In this document: piece by piece, positions 22,489 to 33,327 of the stretch
How the letters are laid out: every line of letters begins with the position of its first letter
Numbering within the stretch: the stretch's first letter is position 1
Assembly (NCBI GenBank): GCA_973895155.1
Contig: OZ316892.1
Span: 27,055,233 to 27,119,232, forward strand
From: Marsupella aquatica
Lineage: Eukaryota; Plantae; Marchantiophyta
Direction: 5' to 3'
Length of the DNA: 64,000 nucleotides
Made by a program: the position numbers and the translations under genes
Notes under the pieces: model-generated
The model's input: only the letters and a program-made list of their open reading frames with translations
Databases searched by the model: none
What the model was told of the DNA's origin: nothing

Positions 22489-25400
22489 ATACCAAGGGAT
22501 CGGCATACAAGCCGATTACGAGGGCAGAACAAATTGAGGCCCTATTAGAAGCCGAGAGAGCACAGCGGCCTAACTCTCAGGAGCAAGAGGTGGATGAGAT
22601 GGACAGACACGATCCAGAGCCAAGGCAGGAAGGGGAGCCGACCACTAATTCAAAACCGAATAGACCGGTAAGGGGACAATCTATGGACACCAAGGAAGGG
22701 ACCGACTCGGCTAGTCCAGCCGAGATCCCAGTTTATGGAGGTATGAGATTAGAGAGACTGGAAGCCGAACTGGACCCGAATTTGAAGAAGTAGATTAATA
22801 TGATCCAAGCACGGCAATATCGGAAGCTCGACTTAGGAGAGGGAAGAGAACTGAACTTAGGGAGAAACCTAGCACCTGAGCTCGAGAAAGAGATCAGTGA
22901 CTTATTGATTGAATTTCAGGATGTGTTTGCATGGAGTCACCAAGATCTAAAGGGAGTAGATCCAACACTAGGGGAACATCGAATTGATCTCATGTTAGGA
23001 GCCAAATCATTTCGACAACCAATTCGAAGGATGAACCCGAAGTATTCCCTGCTGGTCAAAACAGAAATCGACAAACTAGTGGAAGCTGGATTCATCACTC
23101 CAGTCCTGCATTCAGACTGGGTGTCTCCAATGGTGATAGTTCCCAAGAAAGCTGGACCCGATGGTAAACCCAAGATCCGGGTTTGTCAGGATTACAGGAA
23201 GCTGAATGAAGCAACATTAAAAGACCATTTTCCTTTACCGTTTACTGATATGGTACTAGACATGGTAGCCAGTCATGAACTATATTCATTCATGGATGGA
23301 TACTCTGGTTATAACCAAATCAGGATTCGGCAGGAAGACCAAATCAAGACGGCCTTCATCACGGAATGGGGGATCTATGTCTTCAATCGTATGCCGTTTG
23401 GACTCTGCAACGCACCAGCTATGTTCCAACGATTAATGGTGAACATTTTTCATGATTATTTGAGAAAGTTCATGGAAATCTTCATTGATGACTTTGCAAT
23501 ATTCGGGAAGGCATCGAAACATGCTAAATACCTCAGGAAAACCTTCATGAGATGTAGAGAGGTGGGTCTCAAGTTACACCCAGATAAATGTTTTTTTGCA
23601 GTAACCGAGGGGGTGCTACTAGGTCACAAGGTATCAAGGAAGGGCATTGAGATTGACAAAGGTAAGCTAGCAGTATGGCTAGAAGCAACCTAAGAACATA
23701 AAGGATGTAAGATCCTTCTTGGGATGCATTGGTTACTATCGCCGGTTCATCAAGGATTTTGCCAAGCTAGCTTTACCATTAACCAATATGCTCAAGGCAG
23801 GAGCAGACTTCGAACCCACACCCGAACGAGTCACAGCGGTGGTAGAATTGAAGCAGATGTTAGTAGAGGCCCCAGTCATGATAGCACCGGACTGGAACAA
23901 AGATTTTCATGTTTTTGTAGATGTCTCGGGCTTCTGTATTGGCTCAGTACTAAGTCAGTTGGATGAGAAAGGAAGGGACCATCCCATATACTTCGCAAGC
24001 CGTCAGCTTGCCGATGCCGAACGGAACTACTCTACCACGGAAAGAGAAGCATTAGGAGTCATTTATTCTTGTAAAAAGTTTAGGCATTATTTACTAGGGT
24101 ACAAGGTAATCTTTCATACTGATCATGAAAGTTTGAAGTACCTAGTCAATAAGCCGGACCTTACAGGCAGAGTAGCAAGATGGATTTTGCTATTACAGGA
24201 GTTTGACTATGAGCTGAGGATCAAGCCGGGAAAGTTACATGCCAATGCCGACTTCTTTTCAAGGATCACAGGTAAACCTGCCACGGATTGCATCGATGAT
24301 CGATTCCCCGACGAGGAGCTATTCGTTGTGGAAATAGCTGGTACATGGTACCCTGAGATTTTAAAATTTCTCAGCACTTCCAGATTACAGCCAGGATTAA
24401 GCCGAGAGCAAGCCGCAGTCTTTGTGCGGAAGGTCAGACAGTATCAGTGCATTAAAGGCATACTGCACAAGCATGGAATCAACGGCACGATTCAAAGGTG
24501 TTTGGAAAAGAGAGAGGTAAAACGAGTCCTACGGGCCATGCATGGAGAGGAGGCCGGAGGACATTTTGCCCCAGTAACCACGTCTAAGAAGATATTAAAT
24601 GCCGGTTACTGGTGGCCCACCTTGCACAAAGATGTCTATCAGTTTATCAAACAATGCGATCCTTGTCAACGAGCGGGAGGACCAAGGGCGTCCACCAGGC
24701 ATCCACTGCACCCTATTCTACCTTTGGCACCATTCGAGAAGTGGGGTATTGATTACATTGGACCTCTGAAACCACTGACCCACCCTCGACGGAACAAGTA
24801 CATAATCCTGGCTACGGATTATGCAACTAAATGGGTAGAGGCCAGACCAACAACGAAGGATGATGCAATTACTACGACTAGATTCATGTATGAGCAGATC
24901 TTCACCAGGTATGGAGCACCCCTAGAATTAGTTAGTGATAGAGGAACCCATTTTTTGAATGATATAATTAGTCGTTTAAATGAGCAGTATTTAGTTAAAC
25001 ATAGGCCTACTACTCCCTACCATCCAAAGGCAAACGGGTTGACAGAACGAGCAAACGGAATCATAGGAAAGATATTGAACAAGACAGTAGCTCAGAACAA
25101 ACTCGATTGGGATGATAAATTGTTTGCTGCTGTTTTTGCTTACAATCTTGCCTATAAATCCACTACCGGTCATACACCCTTCTTCTTAACCTTTGGACAA
25201 GAAGCCCTGGTACCCATGCAACTTGAGATACCGACATTTCAAGTTACAATTGAGGAAAGAGCCTCAGCGGAGGAGAGCCTAAAGGAGCGAGAATATAGGT
25301 TAGAAGCTTTAGAGGAAGCGAGAATGATTTCAGCCAAGAGAGTAGAATATAGACAGAATATCATGAAGCAGCAGTATGATAAAAGGTTAAAAGTAGTTAG

Positions 25401-25631
25401 TATTCATACCGGTGATCTTGTGCTACTTTATGACAGTAGATATAGTAGGTTTCCAGGAAAGCTTTACACTCGCTGGTTAGGACCCTTTAGAGTAACCATG
25501 ATGTTCCCCAATGGCTCCGTACAATTGGCCAACATTACGGGAGAGGTATATCCAGTTCGCATCCATTATGACCGCCTCAAGAAATACTATATGGACGAAG
25601 ATGAAGTTGTTCGCGAGGACGCTTCACAATT

Positions 25632-25641
25632 AAGTGGGGAG
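25632..25641 (+). promoter_or_regulatory. Polypurine tract (also 36475-36484 and 47319-47328)
   Basis: AAGTGGGGAG 3 nt before the LTR TG; lies inside the pol reading frame. Confidence 0.8.
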
Positions 25642-25644
25642 CTA

Positions 25645-28600
25645 TGTGATGCCTAGACAGGAATCACTCGGCCGGTTAAGTGGGTAAAGCAGGAAGGCAC
25701 CCTAGGAACACCTTAGTATAGTGACAAAACTAGGAAAATATAAACAATTAGGGGCAACCATGGAACCCGGGCCGAGGCCGGAGGTAAGGCTAAGGGTGAA
25801 AACCCAATTAGGGTTAGGGCGCGTTAAGCGTCGGCGGCTAGGAAGGATCAACGGGAAGAAGGACCGGCAGAGGAGAGGGGTAAGGAGCGCTTGCAGGAGA
25901 TGGTGGCTCATTTGCGAGCACGAACTAGGCAGACGACTACGGGAGGCCAACTACTGTCAGCTGCTTAGGCAAGCACTCGGGGAGAGAATAGATACCGACG
26001 ATCGACCTAAGGAGGGTATGAGCAACGTCAATCAAGCGGCACATTTCTGGGGATGCCTGTTCGAACGGGCAACTGAGTACATCAAGACTTACGAGGACGA
26101 GGAGTCAGAAAGGGCAGCTCGAGAACGGCAGGAGCTCGCTCGATTGTGGGAGCTGCAGAAGACGGCTTTCTTAGGAGGCGAACTCATCAAGGACGAGTTC
26201 CTGTGGACGCCTACTTCCAATCAACTCGACGATCTTCTGTTTTGCAAAGACAGCGTCGTCGGCATCTGAGAGGCCATCAAGAACTGCAACGACATACACT
26301 GGGAATTAAAGGGTAGCACGGAAAGGTGGACCCAGGCAACGGTGCTAGGAGAAACCTCCACGGTAGCAGAGATGAAGAGGAAGGGGGCCGTCAACGATGA
26401 AGCCACCCCGGCAAAAAGAACGAGGTCGGCGGCACCAAAGAAGCCAGCCGAGCAGTAGAGCATGAGGCAGGGAGAAGCCGAAGAGGAGGAGGTCGATCCC
26501 ATCAAGGCCATTCCAACCAGGGATGACACCTGGAAGGGCTGGGCGGCAACCCTACCGGTGGAGGTGCAACTACATTTTGCACGGGAGGAGGATGCATGCT
26601 TTACGGCCATGCAGACCAAGAAGTACCAAGGCTTCATGGCCGGATCCGGCTTGGAGGCCTTTGTAAGATTACCATGGCTGAAGCCGGAGGTACCGGAGTC
26701 AGACCTATTAGAATTCGTGGGGTCATGGGAACCCGAGACCAATTGCACGAGGATATATGGGAAGGATTTCTATCTTACTCCCAAGGCAATAAGACCAAAG
26801 TTGATACCAGGAAGACCTTGCTTGACAAGGAGTTCCGGTCGTTCCCCGGGCCATCAACGAAGAATGGCTTCTTCCGGAACACCTGCACCAACCCGCACAT
26901 AGGAGAGATGATCGACTTCTTGCGGGTGACCATGCATTGTAACTTGCCGAGGGCAGAGATCGGCAAGGCACAGGTCTATCTGGCAGAAAGGCCAGACCCA
27001 AGCCGGGACTACAACGGGTACCTCCTCAACCAATTGAAGAAGATCTTAAAGGAGGAGCAGCAGGTAATTGGCATGGGGAGCGTGTCGCGGCTTGGCTATC
27101 ACATGCCGCTGTTGTGCCGGTATGCCAGAGGTCAGACTTTTGCCCCGGTACTTCCCCTGCAGGTAAGGGCACCCGAGGAAGCTCCAACGCCGAGGCCGTT
27201 GGCTGAGAAGCCTCAACCACCTGTTAGTCCTACGATCGAGCAGGTGTTTAGGCCCAGGAAGGAAGACTTGCCGATGCAGCAACCAGGCATGCAGAGTCTG
27301 CTGAAACTACTGGAGAAAGAAAAGAAATCGGCATCGGCAACAACAACGGCAACGGCAACAATGCAGGACACTACTACAGAGGTAGGCCTACACCGGCTCA
27401 CAAGAGAAAACCCCTTTGCTGGAGACAAGGAGAGAATCAGACCGGAATCCAAGCCAGGTGTTCGAATGTACGTGGGAACCTCAAGCTCTGAATCTGAGGC
27501 AGAATTGCCTGAAGCTCCTACCGACGAAGAGGAGAGGGAGAAGCCGGACGTCCAAGAGGTAGAGGAGGCAGTGGAGGACTGCAGCCATGATAATTCCGGC
27601 TATGGGTCGGACCATCACGTTCCAGGAGTAAGGACCTATGGCCGGTTTGTCCCCACACTTCCAAGGGTAGTGCGAGGGGACCCCAACCAGCAGAGTAGCC
27701 CTGAGTCTCCCCCACCAGATGTTGCTCCCCCGAGCTTCGACGGCATAAAACAGACGGTGCAGGAATTTCAGGAGCGAATCAAGCAGGAGGAAGAGGCCGC
27801 CCTGGCTAAGGAAAAGGATTTACCAGGAGGAGATTGGCCGGAGGACATCAGGCGGCTAGCCGAAAAAGGAAGCAAACCTCTAGCCACGATTGAAGAGATC
27901 CGCAGGACGGCTTGGGAGCAGAGGCCACGATGGGCGATGCCGATCACTTCTACTTACTCCACCTACGCTAAGAATAGAGCCATGGAGTATGGTGAGATGT
28001 GTGGGGAACTTGCGCTCGGCATCTTTGGAGAGGAGTTGGAGGTAGGACCCTTTTTCCATAGGGAGCAGTTGGAGAAGCACCAATTAGAAGAAGCGGTGGC
28101 TTTAGAGAGAAGCAAGAAGGACGAGGTCATTCGGCGGCTTAGGAGGATGGAAGCCGAGATTGAAGATCTAAGGGCGGCCAAGAAAGCCCAAGATGAACTG
28201 CGGATTAAACGACATGAGCTGAACATCATGCAGGGGCAGTTGGACACCGCGCAGGCTGAAAATCAGAATATCAAGGATAAACTGACTCAGACGCAGGAAG
28301 AGTTGGCCGACACGATCAAAGAGAGGGAGAAGTGGAATCAAGAGCTGAAGAATACAGAGGAGGCCCACATAACAGCCAACAGCCGGGCCATGGCGGAGAC
28401 CCAAAGAAAGGAATGGGCGTTGAAAGGGGAGCTCGAGAAAATCCGTGGAGCCCTTGAGCAGAAGGAGGTCGAGTTAGGGAAATCCTATCAAGGGATTATG
28501 GCGCTGCAGCAGGAGCTTGCGTCCGTGACGGCCAGCTTCAAGGCCGACCTAAGGGAGAAGGACGAGATGCTCGAACAGACTTACGCCAAGATGAACCAGA

Positions 28601-30264
28601 TGGAGTCTGTCATCATTGCAGAGCTCGACAAGGAGCTAAGAGCAACCCAGGAGGAGAGGGCTACCTTGAAGAAGGAATTGGAGGAAGCCCACAGGGAGCA
28701 GGAGGAGGCCAAAAACGAGCTGGAGGGGGCACGTAAGGACCTGGATGAAACCCAAGAGGAGTTGGAGGAAATCATGAGGAAGATGGAGAACCTACAGCGG
28801 CGGGCCGACAACCAAACAGAGCGGCTGAAGAAACAAGCCGCAGTATTTAAATGCTTAGCTGCAGCAGGTCCATCTCCCGTTGGGACAAACCAGTTACCAG
28901 GGGTGGTAATTGCCGAAGGACAAGCCGCGTCAACTGCACCAGTGCCGGAAGTAAGTGGGAAGGGGAAGGGACCAGCTGCCGAGCCACCAACGAAGAAGAA
29001 GCGGAAACCTTCAGGGTCAAGGAGTAATACGACTTCACAGGCCGTGGTGATCAAGGAGGTAGACCCAGCACCGACCCCAGACAGGGTCACGGCTAGGGAT
29101 CCAACTACCCTAGGGGAAGGGGAGGCCGAAGCCGAGGGAGTGGCTGAAGCCGAAGCCGAGGGAGTGACTGAGGCCGAAGCCGTGGGTATTGCCGAGGCCG
29201 GTGTCGAGACTGAAGCCGAAGGTGGACCCAGTCAGGCCGATGGAGAGTTGACTCAGTCAAGGGCAGGTAATCTGTCAGAGAATGAACCTACGGCAGTGGC
29301 TGAGGAGGAAGCGTTGGGGGCGTCCATTAAGGATCCACCACCGGTGTCGTGACGGTGCAAGGGCGCCGTTCCTTTTAGGGAGGGCGGACGTGGAGGGAGG
29401 AGGCGTGAGTGGGCAGGGCGGGCGCGGATCTCCACGTTTAGGATTAGGATCAGAACCAGGAGCGGCCCTGACACTTAGCTTAGTGGGATTGCGGTCCCAC
29501 TGGTAGGAGCAACACTTGTGCTCCTGCCTTGCTGTACATAGGTAGATTCGGGCAAGTAGATTACTGTTAAGTAGATTAGGCTTACGCTGCAAAGAATGGC
29601 GGATCCACTACCAGGATAAGTACCTGGGCAGCGGGGAGCTCAGGGCCTCTTCTTTAGCAAGTTTTTAGTTTGCACCAGCCGGGCTGGGATCAAGTAGTAC
29701 GAGAAGCTCTCGGTTAGTCATACAGTGACCCTTGTGTATATTCATGTTTCCTCATGCCTAAGAGCTGAATAGAGTTGGCCTCACGGCTTAGTTCGCAGAA
29801 CTTGTGTATGAGATGTACTATTTGTATGGCAAGTGCATGGTATGACTCAGTCAGAATGAGTCATTTTGCTATTTGTGTGTCGCATTAACTTGTGTGAAGA
29901 GTGCCCACATCAACAGAAGGAAGGAAAGTAAGCAGGGGAGTGAGAGTTGGATGTGTCGAGCTGAGAGAGGTCTTAGCGGCTTAACCAAGCCTATTGGGGA
30001 TCATTCCGGCGGCGGAATCCAAACATACCTAACAAGAAGACAGGGGAAGACAGGGGAAGGCCTATATTAGGCCGGCTACGTATCTCATGACCCGATGAAG
30101 GATCTGTCCAGTATATGTGTGTAAAATGTTAATAGTAGTAGTAGAAGGTTAGCAGCGTCCCATGCCGCTAAGCCGCGGAAATGGCCTCGCCAAGCACGAA
30201 ACCTGCGGGAATCGGCTTGAGCTGGGGGGTTTCTTGGGTTTAGGGAGCCATGGGACGCACCACA
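25645..30264 (+). repeat. Gypsy LTR 2 (4620 bp, shared)
   Basis: PPT before, PBS after. Confidence 0.96.
25721..29352 (+). pseudogene. LTR-encoded ORF, LTR2 copy
   Basis: Stops at 26267 (TGA) and 26456 (TAG), 31-bp deletion near 26786; 3' part open as the 918-aa ORF. Confidence 0.8.
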
Positions 30265-30333
30265 TTTTTGGCGCTATGTGGAGGGGGCATTTCTTAAGCC
30301 GTGAGATATGAAGTTAGAACGGAAGCGTAGGTA

Positions 30334-33327
30334 ATGACTGACCTTACGCCGAGGGAAGAAAGAGTGATTCAACGGGAGAGAGCTCGACTGCAGCAGCTCG
30401 TCGGGTGGCATGATACACAGCGACTAAGAGGGGCAGAAAGAGCTGGTAGCTCCGAAACTGGAAGTGGCGTTGAAGAAGACATACCAGAAGAAGAGTCGGT
30501 AAGGAGAAGTGAGTCTCCAACCGACATGGGGGAACCAGAGGCACGGCCAGACGAGAGGCCAGGGACCAGATTGAGCCAGCGGTCGTGCATACATTACAAG
30601 GCATTTCATGGGAGAGGAGATGAGGATCCGGACGAATGGTTGGATGATTTCGAGGGAACCGCTGCAGCAAATGGAGAATCGGCCATCAAGATGCAGATTC
30701 TTCCCGGCCTGTTCAAGGGTGAGGCTAGGCCTTGGTACAGAGCATTAGATGTGGAAGATCAAGCCATCTGGGATATCTTCAAAACACTCTTTGTTAAGGA
30801 GTTTCGACCCATTGGAACTTCAGAACTAGCAGTGCTGAAGTTGGGACAACTTCGGTTCAAGGAGAACAAATCCTTCAGGAAGTTCTTGCAACGCTTTCAG
30901 AAACTGGTAAGACGTACAAAGACCAATGCATCTGAAGGTATGCAACTTCAATGGTTGGTGAATGCTTTGCCACAGAAGATGAGTTTTGCAATTAGGAAGG
31001 AGAACCCGGAGACTTTAGCCGAAGCAATTAAGGATATTCAATTATACATTAATGCAGATATCACAAGCCGGAAGAAACAGCTTAAGTCTAAGAGTTCCTC
31101 ATCAGAGGAGGGATCACCCCATAAGAAAAAAGATAAGAAGAAGAAACATCCCAAGAAGTCTAGAAGTGATAAGTCAAGCTCGGATAGTGGGAGTAGCAAG
31201 AGTGAGTCATCTTCTAGTTCTGAAGAAGAAAAAACTAGGAAAAGGAAGGGCAGAAGGAGAGGGAAGACGAAAGTCAAGATGGAGGCTAAGCCACCAGATA
31301 ACATCGTAGCCCTTACCGAGCAACTTAAGGCTATCATTGCAGAGGTAAAACCAAAGAAGAAGGTAGTACAGGAGGATAGCTCTGTATGGTGTGCCTTATG
31401 TTATAAAACCGGACACCATAAAGATGCGTGTCCTAAGCTTAATACTAATCATGTTCGGCATGTGGCCGAGATCAGACCATGTCAGGGAGAAGTAGAGTAC
31501 TTTTTAGGAGATGCCGCTGATAGTGTTTTCGGCATCAGTGAGACTGGAGCACGAGACCTATCCAACAGACCTGCATCTCTGTGGTCAGGGTTAAGGAACA
31601 ATCCAGGAGAGATGTATCCTCGGATTATTCAGAACCCGTCAGTACCTCCTAGGCCGAATGTGCAAAGATTTGCGGCATGCTATAATTGTGGTCAACCTGG
31701 CCATTTTGCTAGAGAATGCCCGAATGCACGCAAACAGGGTGATGGACAACCAGCTCAGCTGTGTATGGGATGCCGACAGGAAGGTCATATGCTAGGGCAA
31801 TATCCTACTTGGTTGGCAGGCCTGGCCGCAAATCATAAGCTTTTGCCGATCAAGATCTTACCGCCAGGTACTACCCCCAGAGGAGTTCAAATCAACCACA
31901 TCGAACTAGGATGGCAAGAGGATGCCGAGGCAGAGTTCGTACCATTTGATGATGAGGCCGAAGCCCTATCAACCTTCTCAGAGGAGGATTTAGATCATGA
32001 TTGCTACCGGGTCTCTACTCGATCTACCAGAAGGAAGGAAAGGTGGGATGGGCTGGCCAAAAATAAAGGGAAGGTTACGGAGGAAAGGATCGACTCTTCG
32101 TCAACATCAACAGAAGGAGAAGGGAGGGCTCCGGCAATACAGGTAAGCCATGAGCCCACCAGTGAAACCAATCCTTCACAAGATAGCGACTTCAATCGAG
32201 ATCATCCTAAGTTGTTCTACCCCTCTGTTACGGCTAGTGTTAAGGAACAACTAAGAGAATTAGAAACCCTGGAGAATACCGAAGCCATTGCCAAGGATGT
32301 AAAACGAGCAAAAGCATTGTTTGCTTCGGAAGACCCAATAGCTGTGGAGACTAGCGTGGCAAAACTGGCCGAATCCAAGACGGAAACACCACCAGAAGAG
32401 AAGCCGATTGTTCCCTATGACCTGGCTAAAGATGTACTAGAATCTAGAGTCTCGGCAACAGTAGGTCAACTATTGAAAAATAGCCCGTACTTCCGGAAGC
32501 AATTAAGGAAGGCTATTCTCGGCAAGCCGAGATTACCCAAGGTAGCAACCAGATCCGACGTACTAATGATAGAAGAAGATCAAGGAGCCCCAGCATTACC
32601 ATTAATGATTCAAGGAGAATTATTACTACGGGTACCCATCGATGGAGGATCAGGGGTATGTATTATGATTGATTCAACAGCAAAAGGGTGGGGTCTAACA
32701 CCGGAGATGACTGGAAGAGTGTTGAACATGGCCAATGGATATCAGGTCATTCCGACGGGAGTGTTAACCGGCATCAAGACAGAGATAGGAGGTATCTTCT
32801 TTAGCATTAACTATGTAGTAATGAAGCCGGTAAATCCTACGTCATTCCGGCTATTGATTGGTAGGCCATGGCTGTACCTAGCCGAGGTAATAGAAGATTG
32901 GGGTAAAAAGCAGTTCACTTTCGGGACCCCCTCTATCACGGTATCCTGGGACACTAAGGATGACCGTAGGAAAAGCATAAGGGAAGTAGATGGGTACGAT
33001 AGTGGACTGGAGTCAGCCGATGAAGTACGTTGGTTAGAATGCCTCACTAACCTAACCGAAGAAGGTGTCTTTGGACCAGAGGTACCCCCCAGCGGATTAT
33101 GGCAAGAACCAATGGAAGGTGACTTGGAAGAAGAAGACGAAGAGGTCGAGGACTGCTTTACAATAGAATCCACCTTTTTAGCTGCAATTCCGGAGGAAGT
33201 AAAGGATGTAGACCAATTGGATGAAACGGCTAAGTGGGGAGCAGTAGCAGGGACAGTGGATTTTCTGCAGGCGTTGTGGCAGAGCCGACGGGGTCCACAA
33301 CGCCATCGATCATCGGCAAGGAATTAA
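30334..33327 (+). CDS. gag: Gag-protease polyprotein, copy 2 (997 aa, intact)
   Basis: Same motifs as copy 1; open frame. Confidence 0.93.
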   Translation: MTDLTPREERVIQRERARLQQLVGWHDTQRLRGAERAGSSETGSGVEEDIPEEESVRRSESPTDMGEPEARPDERPGTRLSQRSCIHYKAFHGRGDEDPDEWLDDFEGTAAANGESAIKMQILPGLFKGEARPWYRALDVEDQAIWDIFKTLFVKEFRPIGTSELAVLKLGQLRFKENKSFRKFLQRFQKLVRRTKTNASEGMQLQWLVNALPQKMSFAIRKENPETLAEAIKDIQLYINADITSRKKQLKSKSSSSEEGSPHKKKDKKKKHPKKSRSDKSSSDSGSSKSESSSSSEEEKTRKRKGRRRGKTKVKMEAKPPDNIVALTEQLKAIIAEVKPKKKVVQEDSSVWCALCYKTGHHKDACPKLNTNHVRHVAEIRPCQGEVEYFLGDAADSVFGISETGARDLSNRPASLWSGLRNNPGEMYPRIIQNPSVPPRPNVQRFAACYNCGQPGHFARECPNARKQGDGQPAQLCMGCRQEGHMLGQYPTWLAGLAANHKLLPIKILPPGTTPRGVQINHIELGWQEDAEAEFVPFDDEAEALSTFSEEDLDHDCYRVSTRSTRRKERWDGLAKNKGKVTEERIDSSSTSTEGEGRAPAIQVSHEPTSETNPSQDSDFNRDHPKLFYPSVTASVKEQLRELETLENTEAIAKDVKRAKALFASEDPIAVETSVAKLAESKTETPPEEKPIVPYDLAKDVLESRVSATVGQLLKNSPYFRKQLRKAILGKPRLPKVATRSDVLMIEEDQGAPALPLMIQGELLLRVPIDGGSGVCIMIDSTAKGWGLTPEMTGRVLNMANGYQVIPTGVLTGIKTEIGGIFFSINYVVMKPVNPTSFRLLIGRPWLYLAEVIEDWGKKQFTFGTPSITVSWDTKDDRRKSIREVDGYDSGLESADEVRWLECLTNLTEEGVFGPEVPPSGLWQEPMEGDLEEEDEEVEDCFTIESTFLAAIPEEVKDVDQLDETAKWGAVAGTVDFLQALWQSRRGPQRHRSSARN

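Larger units (their letters stand above)
22395..25656 (+). pseudogene. pol: Pol (RT-RNaseH-integrase), copy 1, disrupted
   Basis: CAG>TAG at 22791 and a net 5-bp deletion near 23685 relative to copy 3. Confidence 0.93.

Noticed and set aside
26596-26786. N-terminus (MLYGHADQ...) of the 918-aa ORFs as a real protein start
   Set aside because: Created by the 31-bp deletion; the solo LTR shows the true frame continuing from ...KDFYLTPK.
26596-29352. LTR ORF as env-like gene or host myosin/SMC gene
   Set aside because: No signal peptide or transmembrane stretch, no motor or ATPase motifs; similarity would be generic coiled coil, and it lies within LTR borders.
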